This document shows, piece by piece, positions 17,038 through 24,933 of a stretch of DNA of 47,204 nucleotides; position 1 is the stretch's first letter, and every line of letters begins with the position of its first letter. The notes beneath the pieces are model-generated. The model saw only the letters and a list, made by a program, of their open reading frames with translations. It was not told the DNA's origin and did no database searches. The DNA comes from Candidatus Dormiibacterota bacterium (GTDB lineage: Bacteria > Chloroflexota > Dormibacteria > Dormibacterales > Dormibacteraceae), in assembly GCA_036491815.1 (NCBI GenBank), contig DASXBE010000017.1, positions 1 to 47,204 of the forward strand, given 5' to 3'. The translations under genes and the position numbers were made by a program.

Positions 17038-18124
17038 GTTCTGGGAGCCGGGCAAAGAATTTCAAAGCGTGGAAGTCGAGATGATGGCCACGATTCGCGA
17101 CGTGCTCGCCAAGGGCGATCTCATCATGCGACAGCAGATGCTCGACTTCGAGCGCAACCTGGCGGACTTCGTCGGGACGGCAGATGCAGTCGGCGTCAGC
17201 AACTGCACCGACGGTCTGCGGCTGGTGCTCGAAGCGGTCGGGATCGGGCCCGGCGACGAGGTGATCACCGTGTCGCACACCTTCATGGCGACGATGACCG
17301 TGATCCACCAGGTGGGCGCGACCCCGGTGCTGGTCGACGTGGGCGACGACCACAACATGAACGTCGATCTCGTCGAGCGGGCCATCACTCCGCGGACCAA
17401 GGCGATCATGCCGGTCTATCTCAACGGCCGGCTCGTCCAGATGGACCGCCTGATGGAGATCGCGCGCGCGCACAACCTGATCGTCATCGAAGACACGGCG
17501 CAGGCTCTCGGCGGCGCGTACATGGGCGTGCGCGGCGGCGCATGGGGTCTCGCCGGGGCCTTCAGCTTCTATCCCGCGAAGCTGCTGGGCGCCTACGGCG
17601 ACGCCGGCGCGGTCGTGACGAGCGACCCGGACCTCGCCTCCCGGCTGCGCGAGCTGCGCGACCACGGGCGCATCTCGAAAACCGGCTTCTCGGGCTGGGG
17701 CTGGAACTGCCGCCTCGACAACCTCCAGGCGGCCGTGCTGGACCTCAAGCTGAAGAAGGTGCCCGAGTGGATCAACCAGCGGCGCCGCCTGGCCGCGATC
17801 TACGACGAGGAGCTCGCCGACCTCGGGGCGGTCAAGCGTCCGCCTGGACCGGACGGCGGCCCTTACTTCGACATCTACCAGAACTACGTGATCGAGGCCG
17901 ACCGCCGCGACGAGCTGGCGAGCCATCTCGCCCAAAAGGGCATCGAGACCCTCGTCTCGCCGGGCCCTGTGCCCAACCACAAGCAGCCGGTCGGGCTCGA
18001 CCACTTCAGCCTACCGAGGACCGAGGAGCTCTGCGCGCGCGTGTTGTCCCTCCCGCTCAACAACAGCCTCGGCGAGGAGCAGGTCCTCGAGGTGGCGGCC
18101 GCCGTCAAGGGTTTCTACAGCTGA
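17027..18124 (+). CDS. DegT/DnrJ/EryC1/StrS-family PLP-dependent sugar aminotransferase
   Basis: GDEVITVSHTF, IIEDTAQALG-type motif (VIEDTAQALGG), the catalytic Lys in SFYPAKLLGAYGDAG, and NCRLDNLQAAVL. GTG at 17027 lies 8 nt after AAGGAG. Confidence 0.9.
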   Translation: MSVRFWEPGKEFQSVEVEMMATIRDVLAKGDLIMRQQMLDFERNLADFVGTADAVGVSNCTDGLRLVLEAVGIGPGDEVITVSHTFMATMTVIHQVGATPVLVDVGDDHNMNVDLVERAITPRTKAIMPVYLNGRLVQMDRLMEIARAHNLIVIEDTAQALGGAYMGVRGGAWGLAGAFSFYPAKLLGAYGDAGAVVTSDPDLASRLRELRDHGRISKTGFSGWGWNCRLDNLQAAVLDLKLKKVPEWINQRRRLAAIYDEELADLGAVKRPPGPDGGPYFDIYQNYVIEADRRDELASHLAQKGIETLVSPGPVPNHKQPVGLDHFSLPRTEELCARVLSLPLNNSLGEEQVLEVAAAVKGFYS

Positions 18125-18729
18125 GCCGATCTCGGGCCGCCAAGCGCGCTTTCGACATCGCGGTGGCATCCTGCGGACTGGTCATCACCTCACCTGCGAT
18201 CTTCGCCATCTGGGCGCGAATCAAGCTCGACCGCGACGGTCCGGCGCTGTACGCGGGGCGCCGCGTCGGCCTTGGAGGCCGCGAGTTCCGCATGTACAAG
18301 TTCCGCACGATGGTCACGAACGCGGACAGGATCGGCGGCCCCAACACGCCCGACGACGACCCCCGCCTGACCAGGATCGGCCGCTTCCTCCGCCGCTACA
18401 AGCTGGATGAGCTGCCGCAGCTGTTCAACGTGGTCAAGGGCGACATGAGCTTTGTCGGCCCGCGGCCGCAGGTGCCCGGGGAGGTCGCCGGCTACACGCC
18501 GGAGGAGCGTCGGCTGCTGGACGTGCGGCCCGGGATCACCGACTGGTCTTCGCTGCGCTTCCACAACGAGGGCGAGATCCTGGCGGGGCATGACGACCCC
18601 GACCGGGCGTACCGGGAGCTGATCCGGCCCGAGAAGATGCGGCTCGGCCTCGAGTACGTGAAGCGCGGGACCATGCGGGACGACATCAGGATCCTGGTCG
18701 ACACGGCCCTGCTCCCCTTCCGCAAGTGA
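18121..18729 (+). CDS. Small monotopic phosphoglycosyl transferase (bacterial sugar transferase, PglC/WbaP-C-terminal type), copy 1
   Basis: KRAFDIAVASCGLVITSPAIF…IKLDRDGPALY…GREFRMYKFRTM…DELPQLFNVVKGDMSFVGPRP. No ATG, GTG or TTG lies upstream of the conserved KRxFD block; CTG at 18121 overlaps the upstream stop (CTGA). The conservative alternative start is GTG at 18163. Confidence 0.8.
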   Translation: MSRSRAAKRAFDIAVASCGLVITSPAIFAIWARIKLDRDGPALYAGRRVGLGGREFRMYKFRTMVTNADRIGGPNTPDDDPRLTRIGRFLRRYKLDELPQLFNVVKGDMSFVGPRPQVPGEVAGYTPEERRLLDVRPGITDWSSLRFHNEGEILAGHDDPDRAYRELIRPEKMRLGLEYVKRGTMRDDIRILVDTALLPFRK

Positions 18730-19496
18730 CGGGCGACTACAGCGCGGTCACCGAGACATGGGGCCTGCCGGCATCGCCGGAGCAGCTCGCCATGCAGTAC
18801 TTCCGATATCGCATGGCCGCCGAGCTCGCGCCGGGCGGCTCGGTCCTCGAGGTCGGTTGTGGCAGCGGAATGGGCCTGCCGTACCTGCAGTCCAAATCGC
18901 GCCTCGCGGTCGGCGGCGACTACACGCTGGCCTTGCTGAAGGAAGCTCGAAGCCACCTCCCCGATGCGCCGCTGGTCCGGCTGGACGCCCAGCACCTGCC
19001 CTTTCGCGATGGGGCGTTCGACGCCGTGCTGATGCTCGAGATGATCTATTACGTGGCCGACCAGGCCGCGGCGTTCGCCGAGTGCCACCGCGTGCTGCGG
19101 CCCGGGGGAACCCTGATGGTCTGCGTGCCCAACCGCGACCGGCGGGACTTCAACCCGAGCCCCTTCAGCACGCGATATCCCAACGCCGCCGAGCTGGCCG
19201 CCCTCTTTGCCGCGGGCGGCTTCGACGCACACGTCTATGGTGCATTCGCGGTCGAAGCCACCTCGACGCGGGACCGTGTGCTCGGTCCGATTCGCCACCT
19301 GGCCGTCCGTTACAGTTTGATTCCCGGCTCGATGCGAGCCAAGTCGATGATCAAGCGAGTCCTCTACGGCAAGCTGCCCGTGCTCGGCGCCGTCCACGAG
19401 GGCATGGCGCAGATCGACGGAACCGTCGCGCTCGAACCATTGTCGGGTTCCGACGCGAGACACAAGAATCTCTACGGGGTGGGCGTGTGTCGCTGA
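18726..19496 (+). CDS. Class I SAM-dependent methyltransferase
   Basis: VLEVGCGSGMG (motif I), FDAVLMLEMIYYV and LRPGGTLMV. GTG at 18726 overlaps the upstream stop (GTGA). Confidence 0.85.
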   Translation: MTGDYSAVTETWGLPASPEQLAMQYFRYRMAAELAPGGSVLEVGCGSGMGLPYLQSKSRLAVGGDYTLALLKEARSHLPDAPLVRLDAQHLPFRDGAFDAVLMLEMIYYVADQAAAFAECHRVLRPGGTLMVCVPNRDRRDFNPSPFSTRYPNAAELAALFAAGGFDAHVYGAFAVEATSTRDRVLGPIRHLAVRYSLIPGSMRAKSMIKRVLYGKLPVLGAVHEGMAQIDGTVALEPLSGSDARHKNLYGVGVCR

Positions 19497-20368
19497 ACAA
19501 GCTGGCGCCTGACCAGAGGCTGCCGCCCCTGGCGGCTGACGCGGTGCTGCTGATCTGCGTGAACTACCGCAAGCCGGCCGAAACCGGTCACTTCGTGTCG
19601 ACCGCGCTCGAGCAGACCCTCTACCCCTCGCTCCAGGTCGTCGTGGTCGACAACAGCCCCCCATCCGACGGCGCGACATTGCCCACAAGGGAGGATCCGC
19701 ACTACAAAGCGATCACGACGGGGAAGAACCTCGGCTATTTCGGCGGCGCGGCCCTGGCCCTGGCGGACTACCTGAGGTCGCGCCCTCTGCCGGAATGGGT
19801 CATCGTCTCGAACCCGGACGTGTACTTTCCGGACACCGCGGTCCTGGAGCGCCTGTGCCAGTCGCACAAGGGCCACGAGCCCGCGGTGATCGCGCCATCG
19901 ATTCGCACCGTCAACACGGCGGTCGAGCAGAACCCCTACATGCGGGTCCGGCCGAGCCGGCTGCGCATGAAGGCCTATCGCTGGCTCTTCAGCTCATATC
20001 CCGTCGACGTCGTGTACGAGGGGCTCAGCTGGGTCAAGCACCGCGCGCTCGAGCGGGTTTCGAAGGCCCGTCCGTCTGCGGCGACGGTCGCGCAGGCGGA
20101 GAAGATCTACGCGCCGCATGGCTCGTTCATCGCCCTCCATCGGAGCTACTTCGAGAGTGGCGGCACCCTCGAGTATGGTGTCTTCCTCTACGGCGAGGAG
20201 ATCTTCATCGCCGAGACCGCGCGCAGGCTTGGGTTGACAGTCCTGTATGAGCCGGCCATCTCGATGGAGCACACGGAGCGCAGCACCGCAGCGGGCCTGT
20301 GGAACCGCGATACGTCTCGCTACCGCCGGCAGGCGTCGCGGTACCTGGCCGACCACTTCTTCAAGTGA
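19487..20368 (+). CDS. GT2 glycosyltransferase (rhamnosyltransferase-like)
   Basis: LLICVNYRKPAET…VVVVDNSPPSDG, NLGYFGG and YGEEIFIAE. GTG at 19487 overlaps the upstream gene by 10 nt. The upstream part of ORF 18758..20368 is out-of-frame read-through. Confidence 0.85.
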   Translation: MSLNKLAPDQRLPPLAADAVLLICVNYRKPAETGHFVSTALEQTLYPSLQVVVVDNSPPSDGATLPTREDPHYKAITTGKNLGYFGGAALALADYLRSRPLPEWVIVSNPDVYFPDTAVLERLCQSHKGHEPAVIAPSIRTVNTAVEQNPYMRVRPSRLRMKAYRWLFSSYPVDVVYEGLSWVKHRALERVSKARPSAATVAQAEKIYAPHGSFIALHRSYFESGGTLEYGVFLYGEEIFIAETARRLGLTVLYEPAISMEHTERSTAAGLWNRDTSRYRRQASRYLADHFFK

Positions 20369-20378
20369 GGGGCCGGCC

Positions 20379-21674
20379 TTGAGCTGGCTGACGGCGGTCG
20401 TCTTCCTTCTGATACCGGCGATCGCGGTGGTGGCGCGGAGGTCTGCGGGCAGCTGGCTGGCGCCGTCTGCTTTCTTCGCGGCCTTCTGGACCGTCTTCGG
20501 AGGCCTGCCCCTCGTCGCTGGGCCGGTCCAGGTCGCTCCCACAGGAATGCTGTTCATCGCCGGGTCCTGTGCGGCGGTCCTGCTCGGTGCCTGGCTGGCG
20601 CAGAAGCGGGCTCGTATCGCTTTGACGAGCCGCGATGTCCAGGAGCCGCCCCTGCTCGGCTGGCTCATCGCCGCATGCACCGTGATGGGGCTCATCGTGG
20701 TGGTCGTGATCGTGGCGAGCATCAACGTCGGAGGCGGCTCGCAAGGAGGGCTGGTCGGACTCATCCATCAGCTCGCCGTCGCGCGCAACGCCGGCACCTG
20801 GCAAGAGCCCGCCGTCGCTCGAATCCTCACCGCGGCGACCTACCTCGGCCCGATGTTGAGCGGGATCATGATCGGCCTTCGCAGCGCTGCCACGGGCGCG
20901 CGCGGGACGAACTACAGGCGCTGGATCTCGCTCGTGGTGCTCGTGCCGTCGCTCCTGATCACCGCGATCCTGACCACCAGGTCCTCGCTCCTGATCCCGC
21001 TTGCCCTGGGCGCAGGCGCGTACCTGGCGACCGCCGTCGCCACCCGTTCAGTGCCGCCGCTGACCCTGCAGCGGGTCGCTTTGCTGGTGGCCCTGCTGCT
21101 GGTCCTCGGAGCGAGCTTCATCCTGGTCCAGATGGCCAGGTACGCGGGATGGTCGAGCGGCCAGCCGCTCGCCGTCGCCCAGCTCGTGTGGCTCGACACC
21201 TTCCCCTACGCCGGGGTCTTCTCCGCCTGGTTCCAGGCCCACGCGGTCACGGCGAGCCTTCACCCCACCCTGGGCCAGTACACGTTCGCGGGCTTCTTCG
21301 ACCTGCTCCACATACACTCGCGTGTCGCGGGCCTCTACACGGACCAGGTGGTGATCAACGGGTCGAACTACAACATCTACACAGTGTTCCGCGGGCTGAT
21401 CGAGGACTTCACGATTCCCGGGGCGCTGCTGTTCCTCGCCGTGGTGGGGTTTGGTGCGCAGGTCGCGTACAGGCGAGCCCAGTCGGGCGGCCTGTTGTTC
21501 ATCGGCCTGCTGGCCGCCTTCTACGCCTTCACGGTGTGGAGCTTCGTGGTGAACATATTCATCTACAACTCGATCGTCCTTGCCTTCGCCGTGCTCATCG
21601 GATACCTCGCGCTCGCGACCAGGCCCTCGTTCATCAGGGCCGCGGCGCGCCTTGGCCGAAGCCCCGCCACCTGA
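20379..21674 (+). CDS. wzy: O-antigen/oligosaccharide repeat-unit polymerase (Wzy)
   Basis: Polytopic membrane protein. The block NYNIYTVFRGLIEDFTIPGALLF is typical of the oligosaccharide repeat-unit polymerase family. TTG at 20379 lies 6 nt after GAGGGG. Confidence 0.75.
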   Translation: MSWLTAVVFLLIPAIAVVARRSAGSWLAPSAFFAAFWTVFGGLPLVAGPVQVAPTGMLFIAGSCAAVLLGAWLAQKRARIALTSRDVQEPPLLGWLIAACTVMGLIVVVVIVASINVGGGSQGGLVGLIHQLAVARNAGTWQEPAVARILTAATYLGPMLSGIMIGLRSAATGARGTNYRRWISLVVLVPSLLITAILTTRSSLLIPLALGAGAYLATAVATRSVPPLTLQRVALLVALLLVLGASFILVQMARYAGWSSGQPLAVAQLVWLDTFPYAGVFSAWFQAHAVTASLHPTLGQYTFAGFFDLLHIHSRVAGLYTDQVVINGSNYNIYTVFRGLIEDFTIPGALLFLAVVGFGAQVAYRRAQSGGLLFIGLLAAFYAFTVWSFVVNIFIYNSIVLAFAVLIGYLALATRPSFIRAAARLGRSPAT

Positions 21675-21678
21675 TCCG

Positions 21679-23835
21679 TCAGGTCACCGCGACGCTGGTG
21701 CTCGCGGTGGCGTCGTAGGCGGCGGAGCTCTTGGAGTCACGGACCCAGACCCCGAAGTAGACGGTGCCAGGCAGCGCGCCGCGACTGTTCCATTGATAGG
21801 TCGTGGCTGAGCCATAGGCCTGGACGAGGCGCCACGTGCTCTGAGAAGCGGCGCGAATCCAGAACTCGTACATCGGCGCGTTCGTGCAGCCGCTGGAAGC
21901 GCCCGTGATGGTGACGATCGCGCCCGAGGAGCGGGGCACGCTCACCGGCGCCACCGACACCGACGCGGAAGCGCACGAGGGAGCGATGACGTATGGGAGG
22001 CTGGCTGTCGTGTCATAGGCAGCCGGACTCGTGGCGTCGCGCGCCCAGACACCGAGCTGCTCGGTGCCGCCCAGCGCGCCCGCGCTGTTCCAGACATATG
22101 TGGCGCTCGCGGAGTAGCCCTGCACCAGCTTCCAGGCCGTGGATCCGGCGAACCGCATCCAGAACTCGTAGCGGGCATTGGGACAGCCCAGCGCGCTGGC
22201 GCTGATGGTCACGGCGGCGCCGGCGCGGGACGGAGACGGTGGCGAGGCGGCCGCGGTGACCGACGTGCAGGTCGGAATGACCACCGAGAACGGCAGGCTC
22301 GCGCTGGTGTCATAGCCGCCACCCAGCGGGCTCGCGTAGACCCCAGGGCCGTTGGCGTCGCGGACCCAAACCCCGAACTGCTCGGTGCCGGCGGCCGCAC
22401 CGGTGCTGTTCCAGGTGAGCGTTGGGCTCGTCGAGTAGGGCTGGACGACCTTCCAGGCGGTCGCGCCCTTCGGCAGCATCCAGAACTCGTACAGCGGGTT
22501 GGAGCATGTCGCCGAGGTTGCCGTGAGATGCACCTGCACACCGGCGGCCTGTGGCGAAGCCGGCGTCGCGGCCAGTCCCGCAGCGGTGCAGGCTGCGAAA
22601 TGGGCCGAGAGCGCGGCCCACAGCTCGGGGGCGCCGCCACCGTAGTTGAGGTTCCAGATCCCCACGCCACGCAGTCCGTGGGCCGCCACCAGGTCGTACT
22701 TCAAGCTGAGCGAGGTTGCGTCGTCCCAGTAGAGCTCCCTGGTGCAGTTGAGCGTGGTGTTGAACCACGTGTCCCATCGCTCGAGCCCAGACGAGTTCGC
22801 CTCGCGATGGATGGCATAGCTCCCGGGCTTCACCTCGGGGGCGGTGGCCTCGCCCGCCGCATCGAGGTATGAGTCAGCCACCACGTCCGAGGTCGGGTAC
22901 TGATTGGGACCCACCGCGCCCACACATGCCTTGCGGCCGTAGTAAGGCACCCCCAGGATGAGCTTGCTCGCGGCCACCTTGCCGAGGTACTGGGCCGCCA
23001 CGTTGGCGTCGTTGTAGCGATACGCGCTCAGAGGGGAGGTCGGGCCGAGGCAGAGCCGCGAGCAGCTCACGGGCGCGTACGAGTAATTGGAATATTCGAG
23101 GTCATACGCCATGACGAATAGGCTGTCGACGCTGACGGCGAGGCCGGCCACGTCGAAGAATCCGTAGGGATCGCCGGCCGCGCCGGCGTACGTGTCCACC
23201 GAGAGATACCGGCCTGAGCCCAGGGCCGCCCTCATCTTGCGCGCCAGCGCGTTCATCGCGTGCTGCGCCCAGAAGGAGTCTGTGGTTCCACAGCTGTTGT
23301 CCAGGCCCTCGTAGTCGATGTTCACGCCGTCAACTCCCTTGGCCGAAACCTGCGAGAGCGTCTGAGCGACTGTGGTGTCCGCATGGGCGAGGGCCGCACA
23401 CATGCCGGGAGTGCCGGCTGAGAAGTCCTGGACCACGATCGTCAGCACGACCTTCACGCCGTGCTGGTGAGCGGTCGAGACAAGGCCCGTCAGCGTGGCG
23501 GAGTTCCAGACCGTCCAGCCGTTGTCAGCGATGAACTGTCCGGCCTTGTCGACATGCAGGCCGAAGAACGCCACCGTCGACAACAGATCGAAGTTCCAGC
23601 TGGAGTATCCGATCGTCGGATCCGCAAGGCTGCTCGCGAGAGCGAACCCGAAGACCTCTCGGCTCGTGTGAGGCACGAGCGCGGGCGCCGCGGCGGTAAC
23701 GAGACCCGTCGCCTGGCGCACCGATGAGCGTGCGGGCGTCACCGGCCCTGCCCCTGCCGGTATGGCAGTTGCTGCAGAGAAAACGGCGCTCAGGGCGAGA
23801 GCGACGGCGAGGTGGCGGGTTCGCTGTCGTGACAT
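21679..23835 (-). CDS. Secreted GH18 (chitinase/YaaH-like) glycoside hydrolase with three C-terminal ~100-aa Cys-bounded repeats
   Basis: Signal peptide MSRQRTRHLAVALALSAVFSAATAIPAGA. GH18 catalytic block GVDGVNIDYEG (DxxNxDxE variant, E176), plus LILGVPYYGR and GVGIWNLNYGG. The repeats span aa 416-522, 523-620 and 621-718. Confidence 0.9.
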   Translation of the reverse strand: MSRQRTRHLAVALALSAVFSAATAIPAGAGPVTPARSSVRQATGLVTAAAPALVPHTSREVFGFALASSLADPTIGYSSWNFDLLSTVAFFGLHVDKAGQFIADNGWTVWNSATLTGLVSTAHQHGVKVVLTIVVQDFSAGTPGMCAALAHADTTVAQTLSQVSAKGVDGVNIDYEGLDNSCGTTDSFWAQHAMNALARKMRAALGSGRYLSVDTYAGAAGDPYGFFDVAGLAVSVDSLFVMAYDLEYSNYSYAPVSCSRLCLGPTSPLSAYRYNDANVAAQYLGKVAASKLILGVPYYGRKACVGAVGPNQYPTSDVVADSYLDAAGEATAPEVKPGSYAIHREANSSGLERWDTWFNTTLNCTRELYWDDATSLSLKYDLVAAHGLRGVGIWNLNYGGGAPELWAALSAHFAACTAAGLAATPASPQAAGVQVHLTATSATCSNPLYEFWMLPKGATAWKVVQPYSTSPTLTWNSTGAAAGTEQFGVWVRDANGPGVYASPLGGGYDTSASLPFSVVIPTCTSVTAAASPPSPSRAGAAVTISASALGCPNARYEFWMRFAGSTAWKLVQGYSASATYVWNSAGALGGTEQLGVWARDATSPAAYDTTASLPYVIAPSCASASVSVAPVSVPRSSGAIVTITGASSGCTNAPMYEFWIRAASQSTWRLVQAYGSATTYQWNSRGALPGTVYFGVWVRDSKSSAAYDATASTSVAVT
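21682..22590 (-). repeat. Three tandem coding repeats (~294-321 nt each) within the GH18 gene
   Basis: Repeat consensus: C-x27-28-C-x3-5-YEFW-x7-9-W[KR][LV]VQ-x-Y-x5-6-[TY]-WNS-x-GA-x-GT-x3-GVW-x-RD … YD-x-[ST]AS. The units are at 22590-22270, 22269-21976 and 21975-21682. Confidence 0.9.
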
Positions 23836-23858
23836 GTGCAGGAAAGTTGCAGCGGTCC

Positions 23859-23888
23859 ACTGTAGGGATGCGGTCAGCCGCCCGTCAA
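23859..23888 (-). promoter_or_regulatory. Candidate sigma-70-type promoter for the GH18 gene
   Basis: The minus strand reads TTGACG (23888-23883), then 18 nt, then TACAGT (23864-23859), lying 23 nt upstream of the ATG at 23835. No Shine-Dalgarno motif is visible in the short leader. This is a pattern match only. Confidence 0.3.
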
Positions 23889-23907
23889 GGTGCTACGTCG
23901 GGGGTGT

Positions 23908-24912
23908 CTAGGACTCCTGCGCCGATGGAATGGTCAGATCGAGCTTGTCATAGCGCGCGACCACCTCGGCGATTCCGGCGTCGAGCTGGATCTGCGCCTT
24001 CCAACCGAGGGTCTGCGCGATCAGCGTCGTGTCCGCCACGAAATCGCCCGTCTCGACGATGGCGGCATCAGCCGGCCATGGAATGTGTTCGATCCGTCCG
24101 CGGCCGGCGGCTCGGATGATGTGCTCGGCCATCTCCACGAAGGAAACTCCGCGCCCGCTGCCGACATTGAAGATCTTGCCGTCGGCCTCGGGTGACAGCC
24201 CGGCGATCAGCATCGCGTCCACGACATCGCTGACGTGTACGTAGTCCCTCAGCTGGGTGCCGTCGCCGTACACGGGCAGGGCGCGGTCGTGCATCGCTTG
24301 ATGGATGAACCAGTTCACGATTCCGTACCGATTCTGCTCGGGGCGCTGGAAATGACCGTAAGGGTTCGTGATCCGGAGCACGGTGGTGCGGATACCGTGC
24401 AGCCGCTCGTACAGCAGGAGGTATTCCTCGGCAGCCCGCTTGTGTATGCCATAGACGGAGAGCGGTGCTGTGGGCGCGGTCTCCTGGGCGGGCATCGTCG
24501 TGCCCGCGCCGTAGACGAGGCGGGAGCTCGGAAACACCACCTTGACCTTGGGATTCACGCGGCGGCAGCTGTCAAGCAGGGTCAGGATGCCCCGGCTGTT
24601 GACGTCCAGGTCATCGAGCGGAGACGCGTTGCTGGCCACCGATCCCGACTTGCCGGCCAGGTGAAAGATCACGTCGCAACCGGCCACGGCCTCATCGACG
24701 AGGACAGGATCCCGGATGTCGCCTTTGAAAAAGTTCACGCGCTGGAGCGAGGAGTCGACCGCGCCGGGCACCGCAGGCCAGGACCGGCTCAACACGCTCA
24801 GCCGCGCATTTGACGTGTGCAGCCCGCGCACGAGGTTGAAGCCGATGAAGCCCAGCCCACCAGTGACAAGGACGCGCTTCTGGGCATACGTCTTCAGGTG
24901 AGGCTGCGTCAT
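23908..24912 (-). CDS. NAD-dependent epimerase/dehydratase (UDP-hexose 4-epimerase-like SDR)
   Basis: VLVTGGLGFIGFNL, YGIHKRAAE (YxxxK), and DGTQLRDYVHVSDV. Confidence 0.85.
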   Translation of the reverse strand: MTQPHLKTYAQKRVLVTGGLGFIGFNLVRGLHTSNARLSVLSRSWPAVPGAVDSSLQRVNFFKGDIRDPVLVDEAVAGCDVIFHLAGKSGSVASNASPLDDLDVNSRGILTLLDSCRRVNPKVKVVFPSSRLVYGAGTTMPAQETAPTAPLSVYGIHKRAAEEYLLLYERLHGIRTTVLRITNPYGHFQRPEQNRYGIVNWFIHQAMHDRALPVYGDGTQLRDYVHVSDVVDAMLIAGLSPEADGKIFNVGSGRGVSFVEMAEHIIRAAGRGRIEHIPWPADAAIVETGDFVADTTLIAQTLGWKAQIQLDAGIAEVVARYDKLDLTIPSAQES

Positions 24913-24933
24913 CCGCTGGACCTTGCCGGGCAG

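Noticed and set aside
14508-18124. Aminoshikimate/kanosamine-type logic (RifL/RifK-like oxidoreductase and aminotransferase plus split transketolase), or a phosphonate (Ppd plus aminotransferase) module
   Set aside because: No aminoDAHP synthase, AHBA-pathway genes, kinase/phosphatase or PEP mutase is present. The TPP enzyme has transketolase motifs rather than decarboxylase motifs. The genes are embedded between Wzx/Wzy, PGT and GT genes, so a glycan-sugar role is more parsimonious.
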